In this document: positions 56,450-63,909 of the stretch, in pieces
Layout of the letters: each line of letters begins with the position of its first letter
Numbering within the stretch: position 1 is the stretch's first letter
Virus record (IMG/VR): IMGVR_UViG_3300017700_000715
Span: 1-63,909 of that record
Strand: one strand, 5' to 3'
DNA: 63,909 nt
Source of the DNA: a virus
Lineage: Duplodnaviria > Caudoviricetes
Notes under the pieces: model-generated
The model's database searches: none
Told to the model about the DNA's origin: nothing
Seen by the model: the letters and a program-made list of their open reading frames with translations, nothing else
Made by a program: the position numbers and the translations under genes

Positions 56450-56697
56450 AGCTGGCGATAAACCTGATAGAGATACTTGAGCTGACGGCCTGTCCCGTGC
56501 ATGACAGTTTTATCTGTCCGCTCATAGGAGACCAGAGTTCCGCCGGTCTTGTCATGTTCTGCAAACACCTCAGAGAAAGAGTCCTTGACGGACTTCTCGA
56601 GGGTCTCGCCATACCCATATGAGCCTGTGCCAAAAGCCCAGGTGCGAATGGTCACGAACTTGGCAGTTTCCGGGCCAAAATAATTGTGTGGCGTCAT
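56446..56697 (-). CDS. Hypothetical early protein
   Basis: Conserved promoter, leader and RBS. Confidence 0.6.
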   Translation of the reverse strand: MTPHNYFGPETAKFVTIRTWAFGTGSYGYGETLEKSVKDSFSEVFAEHDKTGGTLVSYERTDKTVMHGTGRQLKYLYQVYRQL

Positions 56698-56723
56698 GAT
56701 GTATCTCCGTAGTTGATATAAAG

Positions 56724-56752
56724 ATCCTACAGCAACGGCCGAGGCTTGTACA
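56724..56752 (-). promoter_or_regulatory. Early promoter
   Basis: TGTACA-N17-TAGGAT. Confidence 0.8.
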
Positions 56753-56772
56753 CCCCGGCCGTGCAGTTATTT

Positions 56773-56949
56773 TCAGTATATCTTGTTGATTTTTTTAACC
56801 TGCTCATGCCAGGCTTCAATTTCTTTTTCAGTAAGATATTCACGAAGAGCCTCAAATACCTCATCTACGCCACCTTGTGGAATACCAGCGATGTGTAATG
56901 CATTTACAATTGAAATCATACGCCAATAAGGGTTGCCGATGTCGGTCAT
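56773..56949 (-). CDS. Hypothetical early protein (58 aa)
   Basis: Conserved promoter, leader and RBS before ATG 56949. Confidence 0.6.
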   Translation of the reverse strand: MTDIGNPYWRMISIVNALHIAGIPQGGVDEVFEALREYLTEKEIEAWHEQVKKINKIY

Positions 56950-56975
56950 GATCGTTCTCCGAGGTTGATATAAAG

Positions 56976-57004
56976 ATCCTACAGCAGACCCCAGAACCTG
57001 TACA
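56976..57004 (-). promoter_or_regulatory. Early promoter
   Basis: TGTACA-N17-TAGGAT. Confidence 0.8.
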
Positions 57005-57097
57005 CCACAAAATGATGACAAGCCAAAATCATTTCAGTGTACATGGCATTTAATCCGGGGTACGCGCGTGGGCGCACCCGAGTGTATTAAGAGTGGG

Positions 57098-57298
57098 TCA
57101 TTCTTCAGGCTTGGCCACTTCCCGGAAGAAAATGTCCCACAAACCGTTGAGGCCGATCGCGATCAATGCACCACCAATAGCTGTGCCAAGATCCCAGACA
57201 CGATCATTTTCTACAAACCATGATGCATAACAGATCACAGGTCCTGTAATAAGACCCATGACAGTCTTCGAGTGATTATCCCAACAACGTCTTAGCAT
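57098..57298 (-). CDS. Small two-TM membrane protein
   Basis: Two hydrophobic segments; TGTACT-N18-TACCAT just upstream suggests a leaderless mRNA. Confidence 0.5.
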   Translation of the reverse strand: MLRRCWDNHSKTVMGLITGPVICYASWFVENDRVWDLGTAIGGALIAIGLNGLWDIFFREVAKPEE

Positions 57299-57387
57299 AG
57301 AGCTATGGTAATACTTGACCTAGTCTTCAGTACATAAGCATTGTATAGCCTGGCACAAATAAATATCAAATAGAACTTTAAGATCTA

Positions 57388-57416
57388 TTTACTTACATTG
57401 GAAACCATACTAAGGT
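57388..57416 (+). promoter_or_regulatory. Candidate late-operon promoter
   Basis: TTTACT-N17-TAAGGT upstream of terminase genes. Confidence 0.5.
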
Positions 57417-57460
57417 AGATAAAATCACCCACATGTCTGAGATAGTTTGGAACAGAGTCC

Positions 57461-58117
57461 ATGGCTCTTCGTGAGCAAAGCCCTGAATTCGATGCACTGT
57501 TGGAGCAGGTCGAAGATCGCTACTCCGTGCTCATCGATGCTTTTCTCGAAGACCTAGACAAGCGTAGTGTTCCCATTTCAGACTACGCCAAGCTTACAGC
57601 TCAACAGGTCAATTGGGGCCTGAAGATCAAGTCGTACCTCGCCTATCTGTTGAATGGCGAATCAATGCAGGAAGCTGCATTCCGAGTTCAGGTCTCAACC
57701 GGCACGATCAATTCATACCGTAAGAACTTCAAGACATTCGCCGACCTTGTGAATGCCGCCTATGAGGATGGCTTCGCATTGTTCGAGCGTGAGGCACGAC
57801 GCCGCTCGGTTGATGGCGTGACGACCTATGTGGTGTCCGGTGGTAAAGTTGTGCTGGATCCAGAAACTGGTCTGCCTCTTCAAGAGCAGAAATATTCAGA
57901 CAGCCTTCTCATGTTCTTGATGAAGGGCCGGGACCCGAAAACGTACCGTGAACGCACAGACGTCAACCTCTCCGGCGAACTCAATCTCACAGGCGCTCGG
58001 GACGCGCTTCTCGAGAAGCTTGCTCCAGTCCTTAGCGCGCTCCTACAAGACGACGAAGAACAAGACGAAGAAGCAGCAAATACACCAGCTGCTGACTGTG
58101 ATCCAGAACCTGAATGA
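57461..58117 (+). CDS. Terminase small subunit
   Basis: HTH; E.EA.RR...GV; KYSD.LLMFL.KG..P..YRE; precedes large subunit. Confidence 0.8.
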   Translation: MALREQSPEFDALLEQVEDRYSVLIDAFLEDLDKRSVPISDYAKLTAQQVNWGLKIKSYLAYLLNGESMQEAAFRVQVSTGTINSYRKNFKTFADLVNAAYEDGFALFEREARRRSVDGVTTYVVSGGKVVLDPETGLPLQEQKYSDSLLMFLMKGRDPKTYRERTDVNLSGELNLTGARDALLEKLAPVLSALLQDDEEQDEEAANTPAADCDPEPE

Positions 58118-59411
58118 AGAAGAGTCTGCAGCTCTTCTTTATGACTGGAATTTCTGGGCGCGTGACGATCAACTGCTCCCAACTGCTGTCCAAGCCAACG
58201 GTGATCCTTGGCTAATCTGGATGATCCTGTCCGGTCGTGGTTGGGGTAAGACGAAGACCGGCGCAGAGTCAACGATCGCCATGGTGCGATCCGGCAAAGC
58301 TAAGCGCATTGCGCTGGTGGCCGAGACTGCAGCAGACTGTCGCGATGTTATTGTCGAGGGTGACTCAGGCATCATGGCCTGTTCCCCTCCAGATTTTAGG
58401 CCTGTATACAAGCCGTCTATCCGCAGCTTGGAGTGGCCCAATGGCGCGATTGCCACGACCTACAACGCGACCGAGCCCGACCAGCTCCGTGGTCCTCAGC
58501 ACGACTGGGCCTGGAGCGATGAGCTTGCCAAGTGGCGATACTACCAAGAGACCTGGGACAATCTCCAATTCGGACTCCGACTTGGTAAGCTACCAAGGCA
58601 GATTGTCACTACTACTCCAAGACCTATCCCGCTTCTAAAAGAGCTCTTGAAGAACCCGGCCGTTCACATCACCCGTGGAACGACCAGCGACAACCACGAC
58701 AACCTTGCAGGTTCATTCCTCAAGCAGGTCATTGCTCGATACGAGGGCACACGACTCGGTCGTCAAGAGCTAAGTGGTGAATTGCTGGATGATGCTCCTG
58801 GAGCATTGTGGACGCAGAACATGATTGACCAGGCTGTTTTGTCTGGTGTACGTGCTCCTAATGATCCGCTGGCTGATGGCTGGCATCATTTCTATTCACG
58901 CATCATTGTGGCTGTTGACCCATCGGGAGCAGATGGTGAGAACCCAGATAAAGCCGACGATATCGGCATCGTCATTGCAGCGAGAGGCTATGACGGTCGT
59001 GGCTATGTCTTGGGCGATTACACTGTCAACGCATCCCCAGGTGTTTGGGGTCGCCGAGCGGTTGACGCATATCATAGGTTCGAAGCTAATCTGCTTGTCG
59101 CCGAAAAGAACTTCGGCGGAGCAATGGTGCAGTATGTCATCCAATCGACAGACTCCACGGTCCCCTATAAAGAAGTCACAGCGGCAAGGGGCAAAGCAAT
59201 TCGTGCGGAGCCTATAGCTGCTCTCTACGAGCAGGGAAAGATCTCGCACGTTGGCTCATTCCCTGAGCTTCAAGATGAACTTTGCTTGATGACCAACACT
59301 GGTTATCTTGGCAACAGTTCACCTAATCGTCTTGACGCAGCTGTGTGGGCTTTGTCTGAGCTGATGCTTGACGCTGGTGGCGCAGACCTTTGGGCCAAGC
59401 TTGGCCAGTGA
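57948..59411 (+). CDS. Terminase large subunit (true start possibly GTG 58098)
   Basis: GRGWGKT, LRGPQ....WSDELAKW, VTTTP, VAVDP, AEKNFGG, SPNRLDA. Confidence 0.92.
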   Translation: MNAQTSTSPANSISQALGTRFSRSLLQSLARSYKTTKNKTKKQQIHQLLTVIQNLNEEESAALLYDWNFWARDDQLLPTAVQANGDPWLIWMILSGRGWGKTKTGAESTIAMVRSGKAKRIALVAETAADCRDVIVEGDSGIMACSPPDFRPVYKPSIRSLEWPNGAIATTYNATEPDQLRGPQHDWAWSDELAKWRYYQETWDNLQFGLRLGKLPRQIVTTTPRPIPLLKELLKNPAVHITRGTTSDNHDNLAGSFLKQVIARYEGTRLGRQELSGELLDDAPGALWTQNMIDQAVLSGVRAPNDPLADGWHHFYSRIIVAVDPSGADGENPDKADDIGIVIAARGYDGRGYVLGDYTVNASPGVWGRRAVDAYHRFEANLLVAEKNFGGAMVQYVIQSTDSTVPYKEVTAARGKAIRAEPIAALYEQGKISHVGSFPELQDELCLMTNTGYLGNSSPNRLDAAVWALSELMLDAGGADLWAKLGQ

Positions 59412-59424
59412 GAAGGATGATCTA

Positions 59425-59577
59425 ATGTCATTGCTCATTATTCTGTTGCTTGTGATCCTCATTGTCGGTGTCTGGCCGAGTTGGCCACACAGCGCCGGTT
59501 GGGGACCATATCCATCAGGTGGTCTTGGTATCATCCTTCTTATCATTATCATCTTGGTGTTGACCGGGAGACTATAA
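59425..59577 (+). CDS. DUF3309 small membrane protein
   Basis: P.WPHS.GWG.YPSGGLG..L......L.GRL. Confidence 0.8.
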   Translation: MSLLIILLLVILIVGVWPSWPHSAGWGPYPSGGLGIILLIIIILVLTGRL

Positions 59578-59578
59578 A

Positions 59579-61114
59579 GTGTCTGACGAGAAGCCGAGGA
59601 TCAAGGTGAAGGCAGGAAGCAGCGGTTGGACCGCTGACTCCTTCCAGAACGTGGTCGCTCGGCTTGGTCAGGGCACGGAGAATGTCGCGGCTCACGGCCG
59701 CTACGGCTACAACCCCATTACTCGCAATCGCCAGCAACTTGACTGGATGTATCGGGGGTCGTGGATTGTGGGCGCAGCGGTCGATGCACCTGCCGACGAC
59801 ATGGTCAAGGCTGGTATCAAGATCAAGGGTTCACTTGGGCCTGAAGATATCAAGAACCTCGGCGCGTCTCTACGGAAAAAAGGCGTATGGTCAGCACTAG
59901 CTGATACCATCCGTTGGTCACGTCTGTATGGTGGCGCGATCTCAGTCATCATGGTGGAAGGCCAAGAGCTCTCCACTGAACTTCGTATGCCCACGGTTGG
60001 TAAAGATCAGTTCAAGGGCGTTGTTGTTCTTGATCGCTGGATGGTTGAACCCACTACCCAAGACCTTGTCGGTATTCCAGGTCCCAACTTCGGAATGCCC
60101 AGGTTCTATCGAGTTGTGGCCGGTTCCGTCCTGGCTGGCAAGCTGATCCATTACACCCGAGTCGTTCGCTTTGATGGCGTTGAGCTTCCCTTCTGGGAAC
60201 GCCAGTCTGAAATGGGCTGGGGCATGTCTGTGCTCGAGCGTATCTATGACCGGTTGCTTGGTTTTGATAGCACAACTCAGGGCGTTGCTCAGCTTGTTTA
60301 TCGTGCACATTTGCGTGTCTTGAAGGTTAAAGATCTTCGAAGTGCGATTGCTGCGTCGGGTCCTGCTATCAATGGTATCATCAAGAATATCGAGATGATC
60401 CGAGCCCTTCAGACTACTGAGGGAATGACGGTCATTGATAGTGAAGATGACTTTCAAGCATTAACCTACGCCTTCTCTGGTCTTTCAGATGTTATGCTGC
60501 AGTTTGCTCAGCAGTTGTCTGGCGCCCTGAAGATCCCAATGGTGCGACTGTTCGGACAGACTCCGACTGGTCTTAACACCAACGGCGAGGGTGATCTTCG
60601 CACGTATTATGATGGCATCAATCAGGAACAAGAGTCGGATCTCCGTGATCCAGTGACTCGGATCCTTGAGATTGCCCACATGTCTGAGTTTGGTAAGCCA
60701 CCTGCTGAGGATTTCGACTTCGATTTCGAACCTCTCTGGCAGTTGACTGATCAGCAAAAGGTTGAGGTTGCTAAGGGAACTGTTGAGGCTGTTTCTTCGG
60801 CACTTGATGGAAACCTGATTGACCTTGCGACAGGCATGAAGGAACTTAAGCAGTCGTCTGAGATTACGGGTATCTTCAGTAATATTTCTGAAGATGCTAT
60901 CAGTCAGGCTGAAAATGAGCCACCAATGCCTGGTGAGCTTGAAGATGGTCTCTCCTCAACCTCTCCTGGGGATCTACTTGGGGATGAGACCCTGGAGGCG
61001 GACCCGAGGGCTGGCGTTCCGGGTCCGTCTCCAGCCGACATTAGTCCAGGTGTTCGTCAACTGAAGCTTGGTCTTGATCCTGATACACAGGTCACCTTGA
61101 GGGCTGTAAGATGA
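59579..61114 (+). CDS. Portal protein (DUF1073)
   Basis: MYRGSW...AVD..ADDM, W.RLYGG, WG.SVL, IP..RLFG..P.GL..GE.D...YYD, F.PLWQ. Confidence 0.88.
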   Translation: MSDEKPRIKVKAGSSGWTADSFQNVVARLGQGTENVAAHGRYGYNPITRNRQQLDWMYRGSWIVGAAVDAPADDMVKAGIKIKGSLGPEDIKNLGASLRKKGVWSALADTIRWSRLYGGAISVIMVEGQELSTELRMPTVGKDQFKGVVVLDRWMVEPTTQDLVGIPGPNFGMPRFYRVVAGSVLAGKLIHYTRVVRFDGVELPFWERQSEMGWGMSVLERIYDRLLGFDSTTQGVAQLVYRAHLRVLKVKDLRSAIAASGPAINGIIKNIEMIRALQTTEGMTVIDSEDDFQALTYAFSGLSDVMLQFAQQLSGALKIPMVRLFGQTPTGLNTNGEGDLRTYYDGINQEQESDLRDPVTRILEIAHMSEFGKPPAEDFDFDFEPLWQLTDQQKVEVAKGTVEAVSSALDGNLIDLATGMKELKQSSEITGIFSNISEDAISQAENEPPMPGELEDGLSSTSPGDLLGDETLEADPRAGVPGPSPADISPGVRQLKLGLDPDTQVTLRAVR

Positions 61115-61626
61115 GACTGACCATCAACGTTGATTGTTCGTTGATAAGACGAACAATTGACGCTGGGTTTGAGGAGTCAAAACATCCTCGAGCAGAAAAT
61201 GGTCAATTTGGTTCTGGATCACGTCTTGGTGGTGATCACAAGGAATGGCATTCTAGCAAAGGTGAACGCAAGCTTCCTACGAATGAAGAAGCAGTTGTTC
61301 AATCACCTATTCCCCTTGCCAAGACTGACCTTAATAAGGTCAAAGGACCTGGTGTATCTGAGGCTGTAAAAAATCAGCCAACTCAATCAGTACCACTTAA
61401 CAAACTAGGTACCTTGCAACCTCAAGTTGCAGTGTCTAAGCTTAAGAACTTCTCCAAAGAAGCTCCTCCAGTGAGTGTAGTGAAGTGGAGAGGAAAGATG
61501 ATTTTGATCGATGGTAATCATCGCGTATCGTCTGCTTGGGTTTCGGGTGAAAAGGACATTAAAGCTAAGGTACTTGACTTGGATGACCCCAAGAATAAAA
61601 AGTACTTGAAAGAGGAACACAGATAA
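61111..61626 (+). CDS. HPR-motif head-associated protein with ParB-N/sulfiredoxin-like domain
   Basis: FEESKHPRAENGQFG; PP..V......ILIDGNHRV. Confidence 0.65.
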   Translation: MRLTINVDCSLIRRTIDAGFEESKHPRAENGQFGSGSRLGGDHKEWHSSKGERKLPTNEEAVVQSPIPLAKTDLNKVKGPGVSEAVKNQPTQSVPLNKLGTLQPQVAVSKLKNFSKEAPPVSVVKWRGKMILIDGNHRVSSAWVSGEKDIKAKVLDLDDPKNKKYLKEEHR

Positions 61627-62334
61627 ATGGCTCGATCATCCACCTGGCAAAAGGCTCGGCGTGCTGACTCAGCATTCAGTCGAGCCTTGGTCAAGGCGGC
61701 TCAGATCATCGGCCGTATTGTCAAGCAGTTTGGTGAAGATCATAGAGCTGCTAGACTTGCTCTTGAGAACTATGCACGCACGATTACTCCTTGGGCAGTC
61801 TCAACTGCCCGAGCAATGGTCGACGATGTTAATGCTCGAGACGAGAAAGCTTGGCGCAGCCACAGCGAAGCCATCGGCAAAGGTCTTCGTAAAGAAGCTG
61901 CTCAAACGACCGTTGGTGCTCGAACCCAGCAGCTTACCCTTGAGGGTGCAAAGCTTATTCGCAGCTTGCCTTTAGAGGCTGCTGAGCGTGTGAGTAAGCT
62001 TTCGCTTGAAGCTATGTTTGATGGTGCACGTGCTGATGAACTCCAAAAGGAGATCATGCGTACTGGCGAGGTGACTGAGAGTCGTGCAAGATTGATTGCT
62101 CGTACGGAGGTAGGTAGAGCAGCAAGTGCTCTGACCCAGGCACGCGCCGAAAGCATTAATTCTCCAGGATACATGTGGAGAACTGCAGACGATAGCGACG
62201 TTCGTCCTTCTCACAAGAAGATGAACGGTAAATTTGTTGAGTGGGACAAACCACCAACACTTGATGGAATGACTGGGCATGCTGGAGCATTGCCTAATTG
62301 TCGCTGTTACGCTGAGCCGGTCATTCCGGACTAG
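61627..62334 (+). CDS. Head morphogenesis protein (MuF/SPP1 gp7)
   Basis: RARLIARTE, Y.W.T..D..VR.SH, NCRC...P. Confidence 0.88.
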   Translation: MARSSTWQKARRADSAFSRALVKAAQIIGRIVKQFGEDHRAARLALENYARTITPWAVSTARAMVDDVNARDEKAWRSHSEAIGKGLRKEAAQTTVGARTQQLTLEGAKLIRSLPLEAAERVSKLSLEAMFDGARADELQKEIMRTGEVTESRARLIARTEVGRAASALTQARAESINSPGYMWRTADDSDVRPSHKKMNGKFVEWDKPPTLDGMTGHAGALPNCRCYAEPVIPD

Positions 62335-62345
62335 AGGAGAGATCA

Positions 62346-62597
62346 ATGGCCGTTGGCACAGCATCTGTGGATATTGTCACAGCAAACTACGTATTGGTTG
62401 GCGTGGCTCCTATGATTTTACAGCTATCTGTGGGATCTGCTGCAGTAATCGCTGTTGCAACTTCTTTGCCAGGACCTACTGCTGTAGGTCTTCGAATTGA
62501 GCCTGGAGATCCTTTACTGCCTATTACAGGTGTGGGTAACGTTTATGCTCGCGCCATTCGCAATCCTGGCAAAATTGTCGCAGCTATCCTGGCGTAA
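62346..62597 (+). CDS. Small putative virion protein
   Basis: GAGGAG RBS; beta-rich. Confidence 0.5.
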   Translation: MAVGTASVDIVTANYVLVGVAPMILQLSVGSAAVIAVATSLPGPTAVGLRIEPGDPLLPITGVGNVYARAIRNPGKIVAAILA

Positions 62598-62613
62598 GCC
62601 AACGGAGATTTAA

Positions 62614-62964
62614 ATGTCCAGCATTGTCTGCGAAGCCCTCACCTACCGCCCAGTCACGTCTGGGCTTGGTAAACCGTCCACCTCTGACGTTTCAGTCGTT
62701 GGAGCTGTAAAGTCCTCAAACACTGTTACGCCAGTTCCTGTGGCTGCTGCTACGGTTTGGCCTGCGTCTGGTGTCGCAACTGAGGACAGCTCTGTTTTGG
62801 TGCGTTGCTTTGGATCCGCGGGATATATTACCGTGGGTAGTGCATCTGCCGATCCGACTGTGTCTCCTCGCAAGCTTGTTGACCAGGTTTCCAATAACGA
62901 TTTTGTGAATATCTTCGTGCCCAAAGGTTCGGTTATTCGCGCCATTGCTGCAACGATTGCTTGA
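62614..62964 (+). CDS. Small putative virion protein
   Basis: GGAG RBS; beta-rich. Confidence 0.5.
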   Translation: MSSIVCEALTYRPVTSGLGKPSTSDVSVVGAVKSSNTVTPVPVAAATVWPASGVATEDSSVLVRCFGSAGYITVGSASADPTVSPRKLVDQVSNNDFVNIFVPKGSVIRAIAATIA

Positions 62965-62973
62965 GGTATTTTG

Positions 62974-63219
62974 ATGTCGCGACCGTTTGCTATCAAGGGA
63001 GGCTGGCCTCCCAAGATTAAGCTGCCTTTTGGTGGTAAGAATGGATCGCCCATCCGGGGTCGTTTGCCTTTTGCAGATCCCACCTATGGCACGGGTGGTA
63101 ACCCCGTAGCCTATGCGTCCTATCCCGCCCCTTCCGGCTACCGCTGGGATTTTGTCACCGATGGCGGCGCCATCGTCACAGATGGCGGCATCCCCGTCGT
63201 CGATCTCGTGGGAGCCTGA
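62974..63219 (+). CDS. Small putative virion adaptor protein
   Basis: GAGGT RBS; VTDGG repeated twice. Confidence 0.5.
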   Translation: MSRPFAIKGGWPPKIKLPFGGKNGSPIRGRLPFADPTYGTGGNPVAYASYPAPSGYRWDFVTDGGAIVTDGGIPVVDLVGA

Positions 63220-63222
63220 TCT

Positions 63223-63909
63223 ATGCCCGAACTCGACCTATCGATGACAAACCGTGGTGTCGCGGCACAGACGCAGCGACTGCGCGAGACTCGCATGCGT
63301 TTGCGTGCGATCAAGAACGGCACGGCCATGCAGCTCGTCATCAACTTGATCGGCGATAGCTGGGTTGCCGGCGATTATTGGTCTCCCAACTTTGCGAAGG
63401 TGCTCCAGACTGAGTACGGCATGGCAGGCGTCGGCTTCGTGGGCTTCGGTTTCTACGCCAACAATCAGGCCCTGCCGTTTGTCGAAGGAGGCAACCAGCC
63501 TTCTCAGGGAGGTCCTTCGACCGTAGATGGGAATGTTCGACCGGACCTCGTTGCCAAGCCTATCTTCATCGGAACATGGAACTCGGGGCCAGCCACCGCG
63601 CCGGCCACCGGCAACGGCCTTGGTTACAACCGGGGAAGTTCCGCTCAGCCCAACCTGAGCTATGCCGAAAGCACGACTGTTGGCGACCGCATCAAGGTCA
63701 CGTTCCCAGCGGGACATGATTCCTCGCGAATCTTCTATTGGGGTAGCGTGGCCGGCTCCTTCCGCTATTCCTGGAATGACGGGACGACGTGGCAGACGAC
63801 CATTAGCTACGCCGGCGCAAGCGGAGCCCTTTCAGCCGCTCTCGCCAATACGCCGACCGGCGCGGCGACGCTTATCCTTGAGGTTGTCAGCGGGACCGTT
63901 CAGCTTGGA
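63223..63909 (+). CDS. SGNH/GDSL hydrolase, N-terminal part (about 402 aa across the join)
   Basis: GGAG RBS, ATG 63223, LIGDSW block I; open to the end and continuous with 1-645. Confidence 0.8.
   Translation, partial: MPELDLSMTNRGVAAQTQRLRETRMRLRAIKNGTAMQLVINLIGDSWVAGDYWSPNFAKVLQTEYGMAGVGFVGFGFYANNQALPFVEGGNQPSQGGPSTVDGNVRPDLVAKPIFIGTWNSGPATAPATGNGLGYNRGSSAQPNLSYAESTTVGDRIKVTFPAGHDSSRIFYWGSVAGSFRYSWNDGTTWQTTISYAGASGALSAALANTPTGAATLILEVVSGTVQLG
63787..63909. repeat. Terminal direct repeat copy 2
   Basis: Identical to 1-123. Confidence 0.97.

Noticed and set aside
56698-57010. Repeated GTTGATATAAAGATCCTACAGCA as a mini CRISPR array
   Set aside because: Only two copies, separated by a gene, and explained as promoter-leader cassettes; no cas genes seen
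61056-61082. RQLKLGL in the portal tail resembling the Pol IV clamp-binding motif
   Set aside because: Single short match in a low-complexity tail of a structural protein; probably chance
59579-61114. DUF1073 protein as anti-CBASS Acb1
   Set aside because: Size, position and motifs fit a portal, and no pair of HxT phosphoesterase motifs is evident
1-63909. Integrase, repressor, tRNA genes, reverse transcriptase or diversity-generating retroelement
   Set aside because: No matching motifs or template/variable repeat pairs seen by eye; tRNAscan and HMM searches would be needed to exclude them fully

Overview
This window is an apparently complete circular or circularly permuted tailed dsDNA phage genome of about 63.8 kb. 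Bases 1-123 are repeated at 63787-63909, and an SGNH-hydrolase gene runs across that join. The + strand (about 57.4 kb through the join to 22.7 kb) carries a contractile-tail virion module: TerS/TerL, DUF1073 portal, MuF, DUF2213 protease/scaffold, DUF2184 major capsid, DUF3383 sheath, tube, tape measure with a lysozyme domain, baseplate, fibres and a lysis cassette. The - strand carries a replication and nucleotide-metabolism module (SNF2-like helicase, family A polymerase, dCMP deaminase, a divergent Asp-type thymidylate synthase homologue, dNMP kinase fused to a UDG-like domain, two MazG-like pyrophosphatases, a SAM methyltransferase), a second canonical ThyA and many small early genes. A primase-helicase lies on the + strand. 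I saw no integrase or repressor, so the phage is probably lytic, and an alphaproteobacterial host is inferred. The most interesting signals are: (1) a probable cytosine-modification pathway with a methyltransferase instead of a glycosyltransferase; (2) three paralogous winged-helix-like genes interleaved with structured non-coding RNAs and a Tad1-like sponge gene; (3) an antisense secreted moron next to the tail lysozyme; (4) a genome-wide T(G/T)TAC-N17 promoter family; (5) clamp-binding and SSB-tail mimic motifs; (6) recurrent T-x-D motifs in head proteins. All family assignments are by-eye motif recognition, not database searches.
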